Shown one piece after another: positions 33,751 to 42,591 of a DNA stretch of 64,000 nt (positions are counted from its first letter, which is position 1; each line of letters opens with the position of its first letter). Origin of the DNA: Bdellovibrionota bacterium (lineage in GTDB: Bacteria > Bdellovibrionota_C > UBA2361 > OMII01); the NCBI GenBank assembly GCA_044351885.1, contig JBILEW010000008.1, forward strand, positions 2,519-66,518, read 5' to 3'. Both the position numbers and the translations under genes were made by a program. The notes beneath the pieces were generated by a model, which did not search any database, was not told where the DNA came from, and worked only from the letters and a program-made list of their open reading frames with translations.

Positions 33751-34458
33751 CTAGGATTTCAGTTTCTTGTTCAAACGCTCGAAGTCGAGCGAGTTTATTA
33801 TATTGGTCATGATGTTTGAGTACTCGCACTGTTGTACGGAAAGATTGACGATTCCCAGGCGCTCTACCTTTATGAGTATGGAACACTGGCCACTAGTGCT
33901 TCTGTAGTACATCCCTGTGACCTGATTGAAATTGAGCTGCTCCTCCGCCACCGCCTCCAGAGTGGGTGGTTCGTACTGGTTGAATGCCCTGAGAGTTTTG
34001 AAGTGCACCATGGTGTGATAAGTCGGATGAGGAACAAGCACCTCTAAAAGTACGCGCTGTCCATCGCGATTCTTCAGGAGGGTTTTTGCATAGACGTGCT
34101 CTCGAGAGCGCCTGGCGTCGGTACCTGACAGGGTATAGTTCGGAAGGTTCACTCCGAGCCAGGTCAGGAGTAGCTCTGGTCCTTTGCCGGTCTGCCAGAT
34201 TCGAGCAAATTCCGAGTTTGGATCGATACCCACGAGGAAACTTTGCTCGTCCCGGGAGCCGCGGCCATTCCGTCGATGCAGAGCGTCGGTTTGGTCCGCA
34301 AGGCGACGAAGCTCCTGAGACGAAAGAACGTCACGTAGCGTATCCGCCGCCGAAAGCGAGGCGAAAAGCGACACGCTACCGACCAGAGTCAGTAGGAACG
34401 CAGGCCAGGGGATGCCGACGCGTGAGTTCGAACGATTGGTAGTGTTGGGAACCCTCAT
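33751..34458 (-). CDS. Hypothetical exported or membrane-anchored protein
   Basis: 235 aa with an N-terminal hydrophobic segment (WPAFLLTLVGSVSLFASLSAA). No known motif recognised. Confidence 0.5.
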   Translation of the reverse strand: MRVPNTTNRSNSRVGIPWPAFLLTLVGSVSLFASLSAADTLRDVLSSQELRRLADQTDALHRRNGRGSRDEQSFLVGIDPNSEFARIWQTGKGPELLLTWLGVNLPNYTLSGTDARRSREHVYAKTLLKNRDGQRVLLEVLVPHPTYHTMVHFKTLRAFNQYEPPTLEAVAEEQLNFNQVTGMYYRSTSGQCSILIKVERLGIVNLSVQQCEYSNIMTNIINSLDFERLNKKLKS

Positions 34459-34547
34459 GTACCCTATTATGGTGTGTTTCGCCTCGGATGTGCCACTAGC
34501 AAAAAGGGGGTTCAGACACTTGTCTCTTTGCCGATAGTCCCGCTTTT

Positions 34548-35273
34548 CTAAGGCTCTGCTGTGTCCGTCACGCGTGTGTTCGAGAGGCGTTTGCGGAGCC
34601 GCCCGAGACGGGTCGCAGGACCCTTGCTGCGTTCGATACAGAAGCGTTCGAGTGCCTCGATCAACCCTTCCTCGCCTCCTTTGGCGAAGGTATGAGCGAG
34701 GTCGGAAGAGCGCTTGAGCATAGCGAGGGCACGAGGGAGTTCTCGTTTGGCGGTCTCGAATTGGAGTGACTGTCGGTAGGTTGTAGCGAGCTTGTCTAAG
34801 CTCGACATCATGATCGCTACCAGCGCCTCGTTGCGATCTCGGGCTTGCAGTACCGCTTCTGCGATCGGCTCACCCTTAGTTGCCATCAACACCGCTTGAT
34901 CCACTGTGTCGATCGTAAAGGGTTTCACCAGGTAGCCTTTGGCACCTATCACGAGTAGGTCGAACACGTCGTCGACGCTCGGATTCGATGATGCGGGTAG
35001 GGCGATGACCGTTGCATCGTACTCGAACACCTTTGAGAGCCACTCCTTCATAGGGTAGTTGGTTTTCTTGGCATCGAAGATGACGTGGGAAAACTTACGA
35101 TCATTGAACTTGTCGAGCGCTGCAACGTGGGTCGGAGCCTCGGTCACGGTTCCAAAGCCGAGGGTCCGCAGCGCCGTGCGCAGGTTGTTCCTCTCGAGAG
35201 CCTCCGGTTCGACGACCATAATTGATGCGCGTGCCCGTTCAGCCGGGCTCATCTGCATGGCATTATCTTTCAT
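34548..35273 (-). CDS. Receiver-domain (CheY-like) protein with uncharacterised helical C-terminal domain
   Basis: IMVVEPEALERNNLRTAL...FSHVIFDAKK...TVIALPASS...GAKGYLVKPF follows the REC pattern, though the acidic pocket is EPE rather than DD. I do not recognise the ~110-aa C-terminus. Confidence 0.65.
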   Translation of the reverse strand: MKDNAMQMSPAERARASIMVVEPEALERNNLRTALRTLGFGTVTEAPTHVAALDKFNDRKFSHVIFDAKKTNYPMKEWLSKVFEYDATVIALPASSNPSVDDVFDLLVIGAKGYLVKPFTIDTVDQAVLMATKGEPIAEAVLQARDRNEALVAIMMSSLDKLATTYRQSLQFETAKRELPRALAMLKRSSDLAHTFAKGGEEGLIEALERFCIERSKGPATRLGRLRKRLSNTRVTDTAEP

Positions 35274-35512
35274 AGTAAGACCTTGGCTTCCCTGTTAATC
35301 CCCCTGTGCTCGGAATAACTAGAGGAGTTACTCCGCGCAGCGCTCCGAGCTGACCTGCTTACTTATCTGTAGTCGGCAGCTTGGTATCCAAGCTTTAGGT
35401 AATAGCCACGCTGCGTTGCATGCATGATGGAGATCCTGTCGGTGCCAGAGGTTGGATGAGAATTCAGGGGTTTATCCAGAGTCCCGTTGTTTGGCACTAG
35501 CAGCATGAGCGC

Positions 35513-36217
35513 TTAGAAAACGAAAGTGCCTGGGAAAGCCAAAGAAGCGTCTGGCGGGCTCTGACGCGCTATGGTCAGAGCACTCGCCGAGCTGGGGGTA
35601 AAGTGCTGATGCGGCGTTAGGAGCGGGAGCCCGTTACACGAGGCGTTCTGGCTCACGTGGAGAGCTTTCAGACGCGGTGTAAAGCTCTCGAGCGAAGCGG
35701 CATAGGGGGTGCCGAAACGGGCTAGGACAACCAAACTCGCGCACGGATCGAAGCCGGCGCGTCGCACGAGGGTCAGAGCAAGACGGTCCGCCTGCAGTTC
35801 GTCAAGGGCGGAGCCAGGACGGAGATGCCCCAGAGCGATGTGGCTCAATTCATGCGCCAGGATGAAAGCGAGTTCCGAGGAATTCTCAACGATATCGAGA
35901 GTTGGCGCGGTAATCACGACCTCTCTCGAATCACGTACAAAGGCATTCGGACGGGTGCTAGGTTCGATTGAGATGCGAGGAGTCTCGGAGTCGTTCAAAA
36001 ACGCCTCGACCCGAGTCAGTCGAAAAAAGATCTCTCTAGCGTGGGTGACTTTGTACTCCGACTGACGAGTCTGGGAGGGAACGGGGCGGGATACGCACGA
36101 AAGAAAATCCTGAGCGCGAGCCTGTTGGACAGCCGTTGCCGTCAAGAGGAGAGTGATGTACCACACGCGCCGCATGGTTCGATCGAGCACCATACCAACC
36201 CCACCGCATGAACTCAT
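35513..36217 (-). CDS. M48-family zinc metallopeptidase
   Basis: ELAFILAHELSHIALGH (HEXXH). The probable true start is the ATG at 36175 (MRRVWYITLLLTATAVQQARA signal peptide). Confidence 0.75.
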   Translation of the reverse strand: MSSCGGVGMVLDRTMRRVWYITLLLTATAVQQARAQDFLSCVSRPVPSQTRQSEYKVTHAREIFFRLTRVEAFLNDSETPRISIEPSTRPNAFVRDSREVVITAPTLDIVENSSELAFILAHELSHIALGHLRPGSALDELQADRLALTLVRRAGFDPCASLVVLARFGTPYAASLESFTPRLKALHVSQNASCNGLPLLTPHQHFTPSSASALTIARQSPPDASLAFPGTFVF

Positions 36218-36520
36218 CAGGAATCGCCGCGCTGCAGGCGGGCAGTTCGACGTCGTCAGGGGTCGCAGCCTTTCCCTTTGCTGACGGACGCCCTATAGTC
36301 CCTGTTGCAGTTCTTATAGATGTAGATGCCGGGAATGACCGGGGAAGTCCGAAAAATCTCACTGTGTCGTGCAAAAGAGTGCGTCGAACCGGGGTGTATC
36401 TGTCGGAAATTGACGAGATTCATTTCGCTCGGGCGCTCGCAAAGGTTGCTGTTAGTTTTATCGCGCGGTCCCTCTTAATTGTATCATCGGGCGGGGGGCG
36501 TCTCAACGGAAGTTTCGATC

Positions 36521-37135
36521 ATGGGTCAACAACGCAAAACAGAGGTCCGTCGTGAGATGCGGACGGTGCTCGCAAATCTCGACAAACGTTGGGAGATGGC
36601 CGCACATGGCGAGCTGTGCGCCCACTTGGGACGGCTGATTCAGGTGTGTTCCAAAGAGCCGATTCGGCACGTTTTAGCGTGGGTTCCCTGCTTTCCGGGA
36701 GAGGTAGACCTGGCGGGGTTCATCGGAGAGATGCTCAGAAGTAGAGCCGTGTACCTGCCCCGAGTCGAGGACGCAGGGATTATGAAGTTCCACCGTATCG
36801 ACGACGAGTGGGCGTCTCGCTTGGAGACGACACCTAGAGGAATCTTGCAGCCGGAACCGGGCTACGGAGAGGAGTTCGACACGGATGAGTCGGAGGACGT
36901 TGCCATCATCTCGCCTGGATTGGCGTTCGACAGGAATGGGCGGAGGCTCGGACGGGGTCGAGGATATTACGACCGCTACCTCGCCGACCCTCGTTTGGCT
37001 GGTGCGGTGCGCATAGGTGTGTGTTGGTCCATGCAACTGCTGCGGGAGATCCCCGTCGATTCGCACGATATCCCTATGCATTGGATCTGTCATGAGCGTG
37101 GCATAGTAGCTGTGGATGGCGAGGACGCAGTATGA
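36521..37135 (+). CDS. 5-formyltetrahydrofolate cyclo-ligase
   Basis: PGLAFDRNGRRLGRGRGYYDRYL motif with an N-terminal R..MR pattern. I use the ATG at 36521, internal to ORF 36479. Confidence 0.85.
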   Translation: MGQQRKTEVRREMRTVLANLDKRWEMAAHGELCAHLGRLIQVCSKEPIRHVLAWVPCFPGEVDLAGFIGEMLRSRAVYLPRVEDAGIMKFHRIDDEWASRLETTPRGILQPEPGYGEEFDTDESEDVAIISPGLAFDRNGRRLGRGRGYYDRYLADPRLAGAVRIGVCWSMQLLREIPVDSHDIPMHWICHERGIVAVDGEDAV

Positions 37136-37167
37136 ATGGTAGTGCAGCACCCCCGAAGGGGAGTAAT

Positions 37168-37959
37168 ATGCGAGTTCTCTTCCTAGGAGATATCGTTGGT
37201 AGGCCTGGAAGGCTAGCGGTCGAGAAATATGTGCGCCCGATGAGGAGCGCTCTCGATATAGACCTCGTAGTTGCAAACGGAGAGAACGCGGCAGGTGGGG
37301 CGGGGATAGATGCAGGCACTGCAAATGAGATTCGCACGAGTGGCGTTGACGTGATTACTTTGGGAGATCACGCATTTCAGCGCAAGGGAGTGCTGGAGTT
37401 CCTTGCGAAGAATGCAACGTGGTGTATCCGTCCCTTCAACCTTCCTGAGCAAACTACCCCAGGTAAAGGGTGGTGCAGTTGGACCTCGCCTAGCGGAATC
37501 AAGGTGTTCGTGTGCAACGTCATCGGCAGGGTGTTCATGAGTGGTGGATACGACTGTCCATTCAAAGGGCTTGATCGAGCTTTAGAGGAGATGGGGGCCG
37601 ATTCGAATGCGATCGTGTTATGCGATATGCACGCAGAGGCGACCTCGGAAAAGTTGTCGCTGGCTCGATACGTCGATGGACGGATATCGCTCTTGGTAGG
37701 GACTCACACACACGTGCAAACTTCTGATGCCCAGATCCTTCCCGGTGGAACGGGATACATTACAGACCTCGGAATGACTGGGTATCCCGGTGGGGTTATC
37801 GGCATGGCCTCGCACGTGGCGATGAAGCGGTTCCTCTCGCCAACGCCGGCTCCATACGAGATTGCAGAAGGGGAAGGGGCACTCAGCGGTGTCCTTGCGG
37901 ATATTGATCCGGCAACTGGTAAGACGCGCTGGATCCAACTGGCATCTCAGGTCGCGTAA
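37168..37959 (+). CDS. ymdB: YmdB-family metallophosphoesterase (TIGR00282)
   Basis: MRVLFLGDIVGRPGR...VVANGENAAGGAGI...VITLGDHAF...CDMHAEATSEK...GTHTHVQTSD. Confidence 0.85.
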   Translation: MRVLFLGDIVGRPGRLAVEKYVRPMRSALDIDLVVANGENAAGGAGIDAGTANEIRTSGVDVITLGDHAFQRKGVLEFLAKNATWCIRPFNLPEQTTPGKGWCSWTSPSGIKVFVCNVIGRVFMSGGYDCPFKGLDRALEEMGADSNAIVLCDMHAEATSEKLSLARYVDGRISLLVGTHTHVQTSDAQILPGGTGYITDLGMTGYPGGVIGMASHVAMKRFLSPTPAPYEIAEGEGALSGVLADIDPATGKTRWIQLASQVA

Positions 37960-37968
37960 CTGAGCGCT

Positions 37969-38334
37969 TTAACCCGCCTTCGTCGATTCGACGGCTGCGA
38001 GAAGTGCCTGCATCTGAAAAGGCTTCTCCAGGTATGCATTGGCTACCACGCTAGAGAGGGTTTGCGCCTCTCCCGCGTTTGCTGAAAGCATGAGCACTGG
38101 AATAGCGGCAGTGCTCGGATTCGAGCGTAGGTGTTCGAGCACCTCGACGCCGTTCATCTGGGGCATCTGCAGATCGAGCACTACGAGATTGGGGGTCAGG
38201 GCAGGGAGCGCTGCAAGAGCTTCTTTGCCGCTCTCGAACGCCTCTACGCTAAAACCAGCGGCTTTCAGGTACTCCTGTACGAGGAAGCGTATCATGGGGT
38301 CGTCGTCAACGATTACGATCTGTCCCTGACTCAT
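37969..38334 (-). CDS. Single-domain response regulator (CheY-like)
   Basis: IVIVDDDPMIRFLVQEYL...VVLDLQMPQMNGVEVLEHLR...PVLMLSA...YLEKPF. 4-nt overlap with the upstream kinase gene. Confidence 0.9.
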   Translation of the reverse strand: MSQGQIVIVDDDPMIRFLVQEYLKAAGFSVEAFESGKEALAALPALTPNLVVLDLQMPQMNGVEVLEHLRSNPSTAAIPVLMLSANAGEAQTLSSVVANAYLEKPFQMQALLAAVESTKAG

Positions 38335-40442
38335 ACTTGATTGTCCTCTGATGTGGTTGATAAATCTGTATCTATGCTAGCGCCATTTTCCGCGCTTTGA
38401 CTGCTCTCATCGGACTTCGAGTCGTGAGGCCGGAGAGGAAAGTACAGAGATACGCAGGAGCCTTTACCCAGTTTCGATTCGAGCGTCATGAAGCCCTCGT
38501 GGTCCCGCATGATAGCGAAGACTGTTGAGAGTCCCAGCCCCTTGTGCCCAGAGCCTTCCTTGGTCGAGAAGTGTGGGTCTGCTGCATGAGCGAGGACCTC
38601 TGGTGGCATTCCCCGTCCGGAATCCATGATTCTGAGTCGCGCAAATCTTCCGGGCCGGGTTCCAGGATGAATGTTCGAGAGCGCTTCGTCGATCTCCTCT
38701 TCAGCTACTTGGAGCGTTATCGTACCTGACTCAGTGCCGTACGATTCAGAGGCGTTGAGGATGAGCTGTCCAACGGCGTGAGCGACGAGGGCTGTGTTGA
38801 CCTCGACCGGCGTCTGTCCCGGGGCGAGATCGAGTACGACTGGCGTCGTTTTGAGCGGAATCTTCTGAAGGAGAGGGGCGCGTTCGAGGACCATCGTTCC
38901 GAGGTCTACCCGCGAGCGTCCAGCGGCGTAAAACGCCGCACTCAGTTCCCGGAGTTGATTCGAGATGCTTTGTCCTCGCGCGGCATCCTGTACGATACTT
39001 TCACAGAGATCCTGAGAACCCTCGGGTGTCTTGGGCCAAAGCTGCTGGGCACGCTCGCAGATCGACTCGAGGAGTTCCGAGAAGCTCTCGGATGCTCCGC
39101 GCGCAAATGCCTCCAGCGACTCGAGGCGCTTTTCGTTCAAGAGTGTGTGATCGATAGTACGGCGCTCGGTAATGTCCCGCAGCGTCACCACTCGAGGGGA
39201 TGGCTTCTTGACGCCACCTGCTACGCGATCGCGCTCCTCCGCAAGGTGAGGGCGGAGAGAGATCTCCAGGAATCGCACGAGGCCGCTTTTCGTCACGGTC
39301 CTCATCTCGTCGACGACCTCTCGCTCGGGGTCCGAGGTGAGCAGAAGATTGGTGATTTGTTGTACGAGCTCTGAGTCTGGCGCGATGTTGTGGAGCGCGT
39401 AGCCTTCTACACCGGGTATGACGATATCGGTGAGTGCGCGAAAGTTGTCATTCATGAAGAGAACTGTTCCATCGCCATCCAAGGCACACACCCCCCTAAG
39501 GCGCCCTTCATGCTCCGCTCCTTCGATCTCACTCTTGGAGTCGAGCGCCGAGGTGAAATCTCCCTCGTTGGTCATTGAAGCGAACAAAGAGTCCTTGTTT
39601 TCGGTGAAATATCTGAGCCCCTGTTCACTAGAGAGGCTCGACGCTCCGCTACTGAGGAATTCTCGATTCACCAGGAGTGAAAGCCTATATCCGACGAGGC
39701 TGGGAACGACCACCAGGGTGGCAAAAAGCCCGAAGGCGGCGGTGATGTTCGAGGAATTGAGGTTCGTCGAGGTGAAGATATTGAGCCTATTCAGAGTGGC
39801 CAGTACGGTGAAGAGTGTGACGAGGGCGCACAGAGCGGTCACGTGCACAAAAATCTCACTCAAGCGATTGTGCCTAGGCCTTTGCGTGAGGAATACCGAT
39901 AAATTCTGATTCAACATCAGGGCTCCGGCCACGAGTGAAAACACCACGTCCTGCAAGCACTGGAAAAAGAACATCTCCTCTGACCATGGACCAACCAGAA
40001 GGGCGGCGCCTCCGAAGGCGTGCGCCAGGGGCAAAACGAAGACGCCCCAGATAGCTATGACGGTAAGGTAGCCAGGCATCATTGGAAGAGCCTGGCGTAC
40101 CGCAGCTATAGCAAGCAGCTCTCCACCAATTCGCAGCGGTTCAAAGAACTCCCACTGTGCGAGGGCGCTCGGAAGGAGCCCGTAACCGAAGGCGACGAGA
40201 ACGCCTTTCATGCCGTAGGCGAGGGGAATCGCAAAAAGGAGGATGTTCCAGACCTCGGGCGTCCATGCGTTTCCGAATCTGTGTGCGGCCAAAGAGGCTG
40301 CGCTCGCGAGCACGGCAAGCATTGCTGAGTTCAGCACATCCTTGCTCGTTGTATCTGTTCTAAACACGGAGCGACCCCCATAAAGCCGATTCAGTCCCTG
40401 ATACTTGGATGCAAGGCGCCGTTTGACAGAACCAGTCTTCAA
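38331..40442 (-). CDS. Membrane sensor kinase-like protein (multi-TM N-terminus, PAS, DHp with atypical H-box, intact HATPase_c)
   Basis: 703 aa with about 7 TM helices and a PAS-like region (GVCALDGDGTVLFMNDNF...). CA-domain boxes are present: LILNASESYG (N), MDSGRGMPPEV (G1), DPHFSTKEGSGHKGLGLSTV (F/G2). The expected H-box reads ARGASESFSELL with no His. Confidence 0.8.
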   Translation of the reverse strand: MKTGSVKRRLASKYQGLNRLYGGRSVFRTDTTSKDVLNSAMLAVLASAASLAAHRFGNAWTPEVWNILLFAIPLAYGMKGVLVAFGYGLLPSALAQWEFFEPLRIGGELLAIAAVRQALPMMPGYLTVIAIWGVFVLPLAHAFGGAALLVGPWSEEMFFFQCLQDVVFSLVAGALMLNQNLSVFLTQRPRHNRLSEIFVHVTALCALVTLFTVLATLNRLNIFTSTNLNSSNITAAFGLFATLVVVPSLVGYRLSLLVNREFLSSGASSLSSEQGLRYFTENKDSLFASMTNEGDFTSALDSKSEIEGAEHEGRLRGVCALDGDGTVLFMNDNFRALTDIVIPGVEGYALHNIAPDSELVQQITNLLLTSDPEREVVDEMRTVTKSGLVRFLEISLRPHLAEERDRVAGGVKKPSPRVVTLRDITERRTIDHTLLNEKRLESLEAFARGASESFSELLESICERAQQLWPKTPEGSQDLCESIVQDAARGQSISNQLRELSAAFYAAGRSRVDLGTMVLERAPLLQKIPLKTTPVVLDLAPGQTPVEVNTALVAHAVGQLILNASESYGTESGTITLQVAEEEIDEALSNIHPGTRPGRFARLRIMDSGRGMPPEVLAHAADPHFSTKEGSGHKGLGLSTVFAIMRDHEGFMTLESKLGKGSCVSLYFPLRPHDSKSDESSQSAENGASIDTDLSTTSEDNQV

Positions 40443-40770
40443 TGCAGAAGTTATGAGTAGTGCCGAAACGTAGTTTCGATCTTGCGGAAACAGTTGAGAT
40501 TTTTTTCTTATCGCTCGATAGTCCCTAAGGAAGTTGAGAGGGAGCGCACGCAGTCTGTTAGAACGCCTGTTTATTTCGGGCGATTTGGGTTGCAGGCGGT
40601 AATTAGATGGTTCCGCGCGCGATCATCAGTGCATCCTAGCTTCTAGTACGACCCTGCAGGATGCGTAACCGCATTCTGGACTGGTGTACCGTGGTGGTAG
40701 TGCGGTTGAATTCGAGGCGCCTGAACACAACAGGCGATCGCTGATTTTACAGGATTAGGTAGAGGCTCCT

Positions 40771-41559
40771 ATGAGCATAAAGAGATTTGCTGCTATCGCT
40801 TTGATGGTTCTCGGTGTTCCCGCCGTTCAATTGTCTGACTGTCTTGCACAGGATCATTTGCCGGCTGACAACGGTCTGGTGTCGTACCACACCGCTCCAC
40901 GTTACAGGGAGTCGGAATCGCATCCCTTGCGCGTCTTGGCATACGTGGTTCATCCGATCGGGTGGGTGGCGCGTGAGGTCATCTTTCGACCACTGAGCTA
41001 CTTCGCGTCATCGACCGAGGTTACGCGCAGCGTCATGGGCTACCGTGAGCCGTTCGACTATCGGCAGCCAGAGTGCTTTTCGGCAGATGACAGTACTCCT
41101 GATTGCCGCACCTTGATGCCTTTCAACTACGATTCAATTGGTGGAGCGGGAGCAGGAGAGGGAGCGGTCGTCAGTTCAGAGCGTGCTGTTTATTTCCCGG
41201 ACGTAAACTTCGACTTCGATTCCCGTAGCCTGAATGGCCTCGGGAAAGCCAAGGCTGCCCAGGTGGGTCAGATGCTTGCAAAGGATCAGTCTGTAAAGGT
41301 AGTCCTCCAGGGGCATACGGATTACAAGGGGAGCGATCAGTACAACATGAAGCTCGGTATGGATCGGGCAGAGGCGGTACGCAAAGAGCTAGTCTCTCTC
41401 GGCGTATCAGCTGAGCGGCTTTCGACCGTGAGTTTTGGTGAGTCGCAACCTCTCTTCGCCGAGCAGGAGGACTGGGCTCGCGCAGCGAATCGCCGCGTCG
41501 AGGTTCATCCGGATGCTGGTCAGCAGGGTGAGCAGCCGAAGCTCAAAGAGGCTGAGTAA
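40771..41559 (+). CDS. OmpA-family outer-membrane or periplasmic protein
   Basis: Signal peptide (AAIALMVLGVPAVQLSDCLA). The OmpA_C region reads VYFPDVNFDFDSRSLNGLGKAKAAQVGQMLAKDQSVKVVLQGHTDYKGSDQYNMKLGMDRAEAVRKELVSLGV...NRRVEV. Confidence 0.85.
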   Translation: MSIKRFAAIALMVLGVPAVQLSDCLAQDHLPADNGLVSYHTAPRYRESESHPLRVLAYVVHPIGWVAREVIFRPLSYFASSTEVTRSVMGYREPFDYRQPECFSADDSTPDCRTLMPFNYDSIGGAGAGEGAVVSSERAVYFPDVNFDFDSRSLNGLGKAKAAQVGQMLAKDQSVKVVLQGHTDYKGSDQYNMKLGMDRAEAVRKELVSLGVSAERLSTVSFGESQPLFAEQEDWARAANRRVEVHPDAGQQGEQPKLKEAE

Positions 41560-41611
41560 ACTCTCGACACGAGTACGGGCTATTCTCAAAGCGGGGGCTC
41601 GAAACGGAGAA

Positions 41612-41646
41612 GGGGTGGCGGTCTGAAGACCGTCGCCCCTTTTTTC
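41612..41646 (+). terminator. Rho-independent terminator of the OmpA-family gene
   Basis: GGGGTGGCGGTC-tgaa-GACCGTCGCCCC followed by TTTTTT. Confidence 0.75.
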
Positions 41647-41736
41647 ATAAGCCTTGGCTGAGCACCTTTGTTTTCCTCCTCAGCAAACATCGATAGGTGG
41701 CATAGCTTTTTGGTTAATTAACGCGGAGGCGCGGAA

Positions 41737-41766
41737 AACGCGGAGTGCGCATGTGTTCTCCGCGTT
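41737..41766 (-). terminator. Hairpin downstream of the MerR-like gene (weak terminator candidate)
   Basis: AACGCGGAG-12 nt-CTCCGCGTT. A second AACGCGGAG copy at 41720-41728 would allow an alternative pairing. Only a short T-run follows on the minus strand. Confidence 0.3.
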
Positions 41767-41852
41767 ACATAACCAAAATATTCGGATACGGAAGAACGAA
41801 GTCGCTTACCAAACGAGGCATGGTTAGCATCCCGTGGAGAACACAGGCGATC

Positions 41853-42584
41853 CTACCCGTTCGCAGCCTTACGAACCTCTATCGCCCCGTCACTGTTAGT
41901 GTAGGCCGGTTGAGTGCCGATTTGAGGCACCTGTTTGGCAGGCGTAAGGCCGAGCCAATCGAGCAGCTGTCTCATCGTCGATCGCTTGTTCTCCTGCATG
42001 GTAACCAGACGGCGGATAGTTTGTGTCTCGGAGAGGAGCAAGATCTGGTCGCGATCTCCCTTCTCTTCAAGCTTCTCTACCCTGCGCTGCAACCAATCGC
42101 GTTGAGCGCGGAGATCCGCGACCTCGCTCTCCTTCATATCGAGGATCCGCTCTTGAAGGTTGACGAGATTACGCAAGCGCGCCACCTCCTGTTGCAGATC
42201 GGAGTCGATCGGACGCTCCGGCTCCGATGCGTACGGAGTCGCAGAAGAGATCGGCGAGTAGTACGAAGTGAGCTGCTCGGCTGATAACGCCTCGTCGCTG
42301 TTGGACGGCGAAGCCGAAGCGTTTGTGTGAGCCTCTTCCACTGGCGTATGCTTCTCAGCCTCCACAGGCTGCGCGCTTCCACTCTCCGAGGAGGTTGGGG
42401 CGGATGCCTTCCCCTGATGGATACCGAAGATCTCGTTGATTTCAGAGCGCGAATACAAGCGCAGTCCGTCCGGCTCAATCTCTACATGGAGATACCCCGC
42501 GTCGGTGAACCGCTGGAGCGTCTTTGCTGATACTCCTGCAAGCCCGACAGCCTCGGTTTCGGAGATGAAGTCTTGATATCCCAT
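41853..42584 (-). CDS. MerR-type HTH protein with disordered linker and C-terminal coiled coil
   Basis: ISETEAVGLAGVSAKTLQRFTDAGYLHVEIEPDGLRLYSRSEINEIF resembles a MerR-family HTH. The C-terminal heptad-like segment reads LQQEVARLRNLVNLQERILDMKESEVADLRAQRDWLQRRVEKLEEK. It starts 8 nt after the pyk stop. Confidence 0.55.
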   Translation of the reverse strand: MGYQDFISETEAVGLAGVSAKTLQRFTDAGYLHVEIEPDGLRLYSRSEINEIFGIHQGKASAPTSSESGSAQPVEAEKHTPVEEAHTNASASPSNSDEALSAEQLTSYYSPISSATPYASEPERPIDSDLQQEVARLRNLVNLQERILDMKESEVADLRAQRDWLQRRVEKLEEKGDRDQILLLSETQTIRRLVTMQENKRSTMRQLLDWLGLTPAKQVPQIGTQPAYTNSDGAIEVRKAANG

Positions 42585-42591
42585 ACATCCT

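Noticed and set aside
35488-35506. Sigma-54-like TGGCAC in ttggcactagcagcatg. The same applies to GGTGGCATAGCTTTTTGG at 41696-41713
   Set aside because: The GG-N10-GC spacing is not satisfied in either case. The first points into the 3' end of a convergent gene.
36218-36520. 6S RNA (ssrS), which in many bacteria lies immediately upstream of the 5-formyl-THF cyclo-ligase gene
   Set aside because: Hand folding found only local hairpins (for example CGTCAG/CTGACG at 36254-36286) and one 8-bp long-range pair (36245-36252 with 36382-36389). It did not find the long interrupted rod with central bubble expected of 6S. I cannot exclude it without a covariance-model search (Rfam RF00013); a hit there would overturn this rejection.
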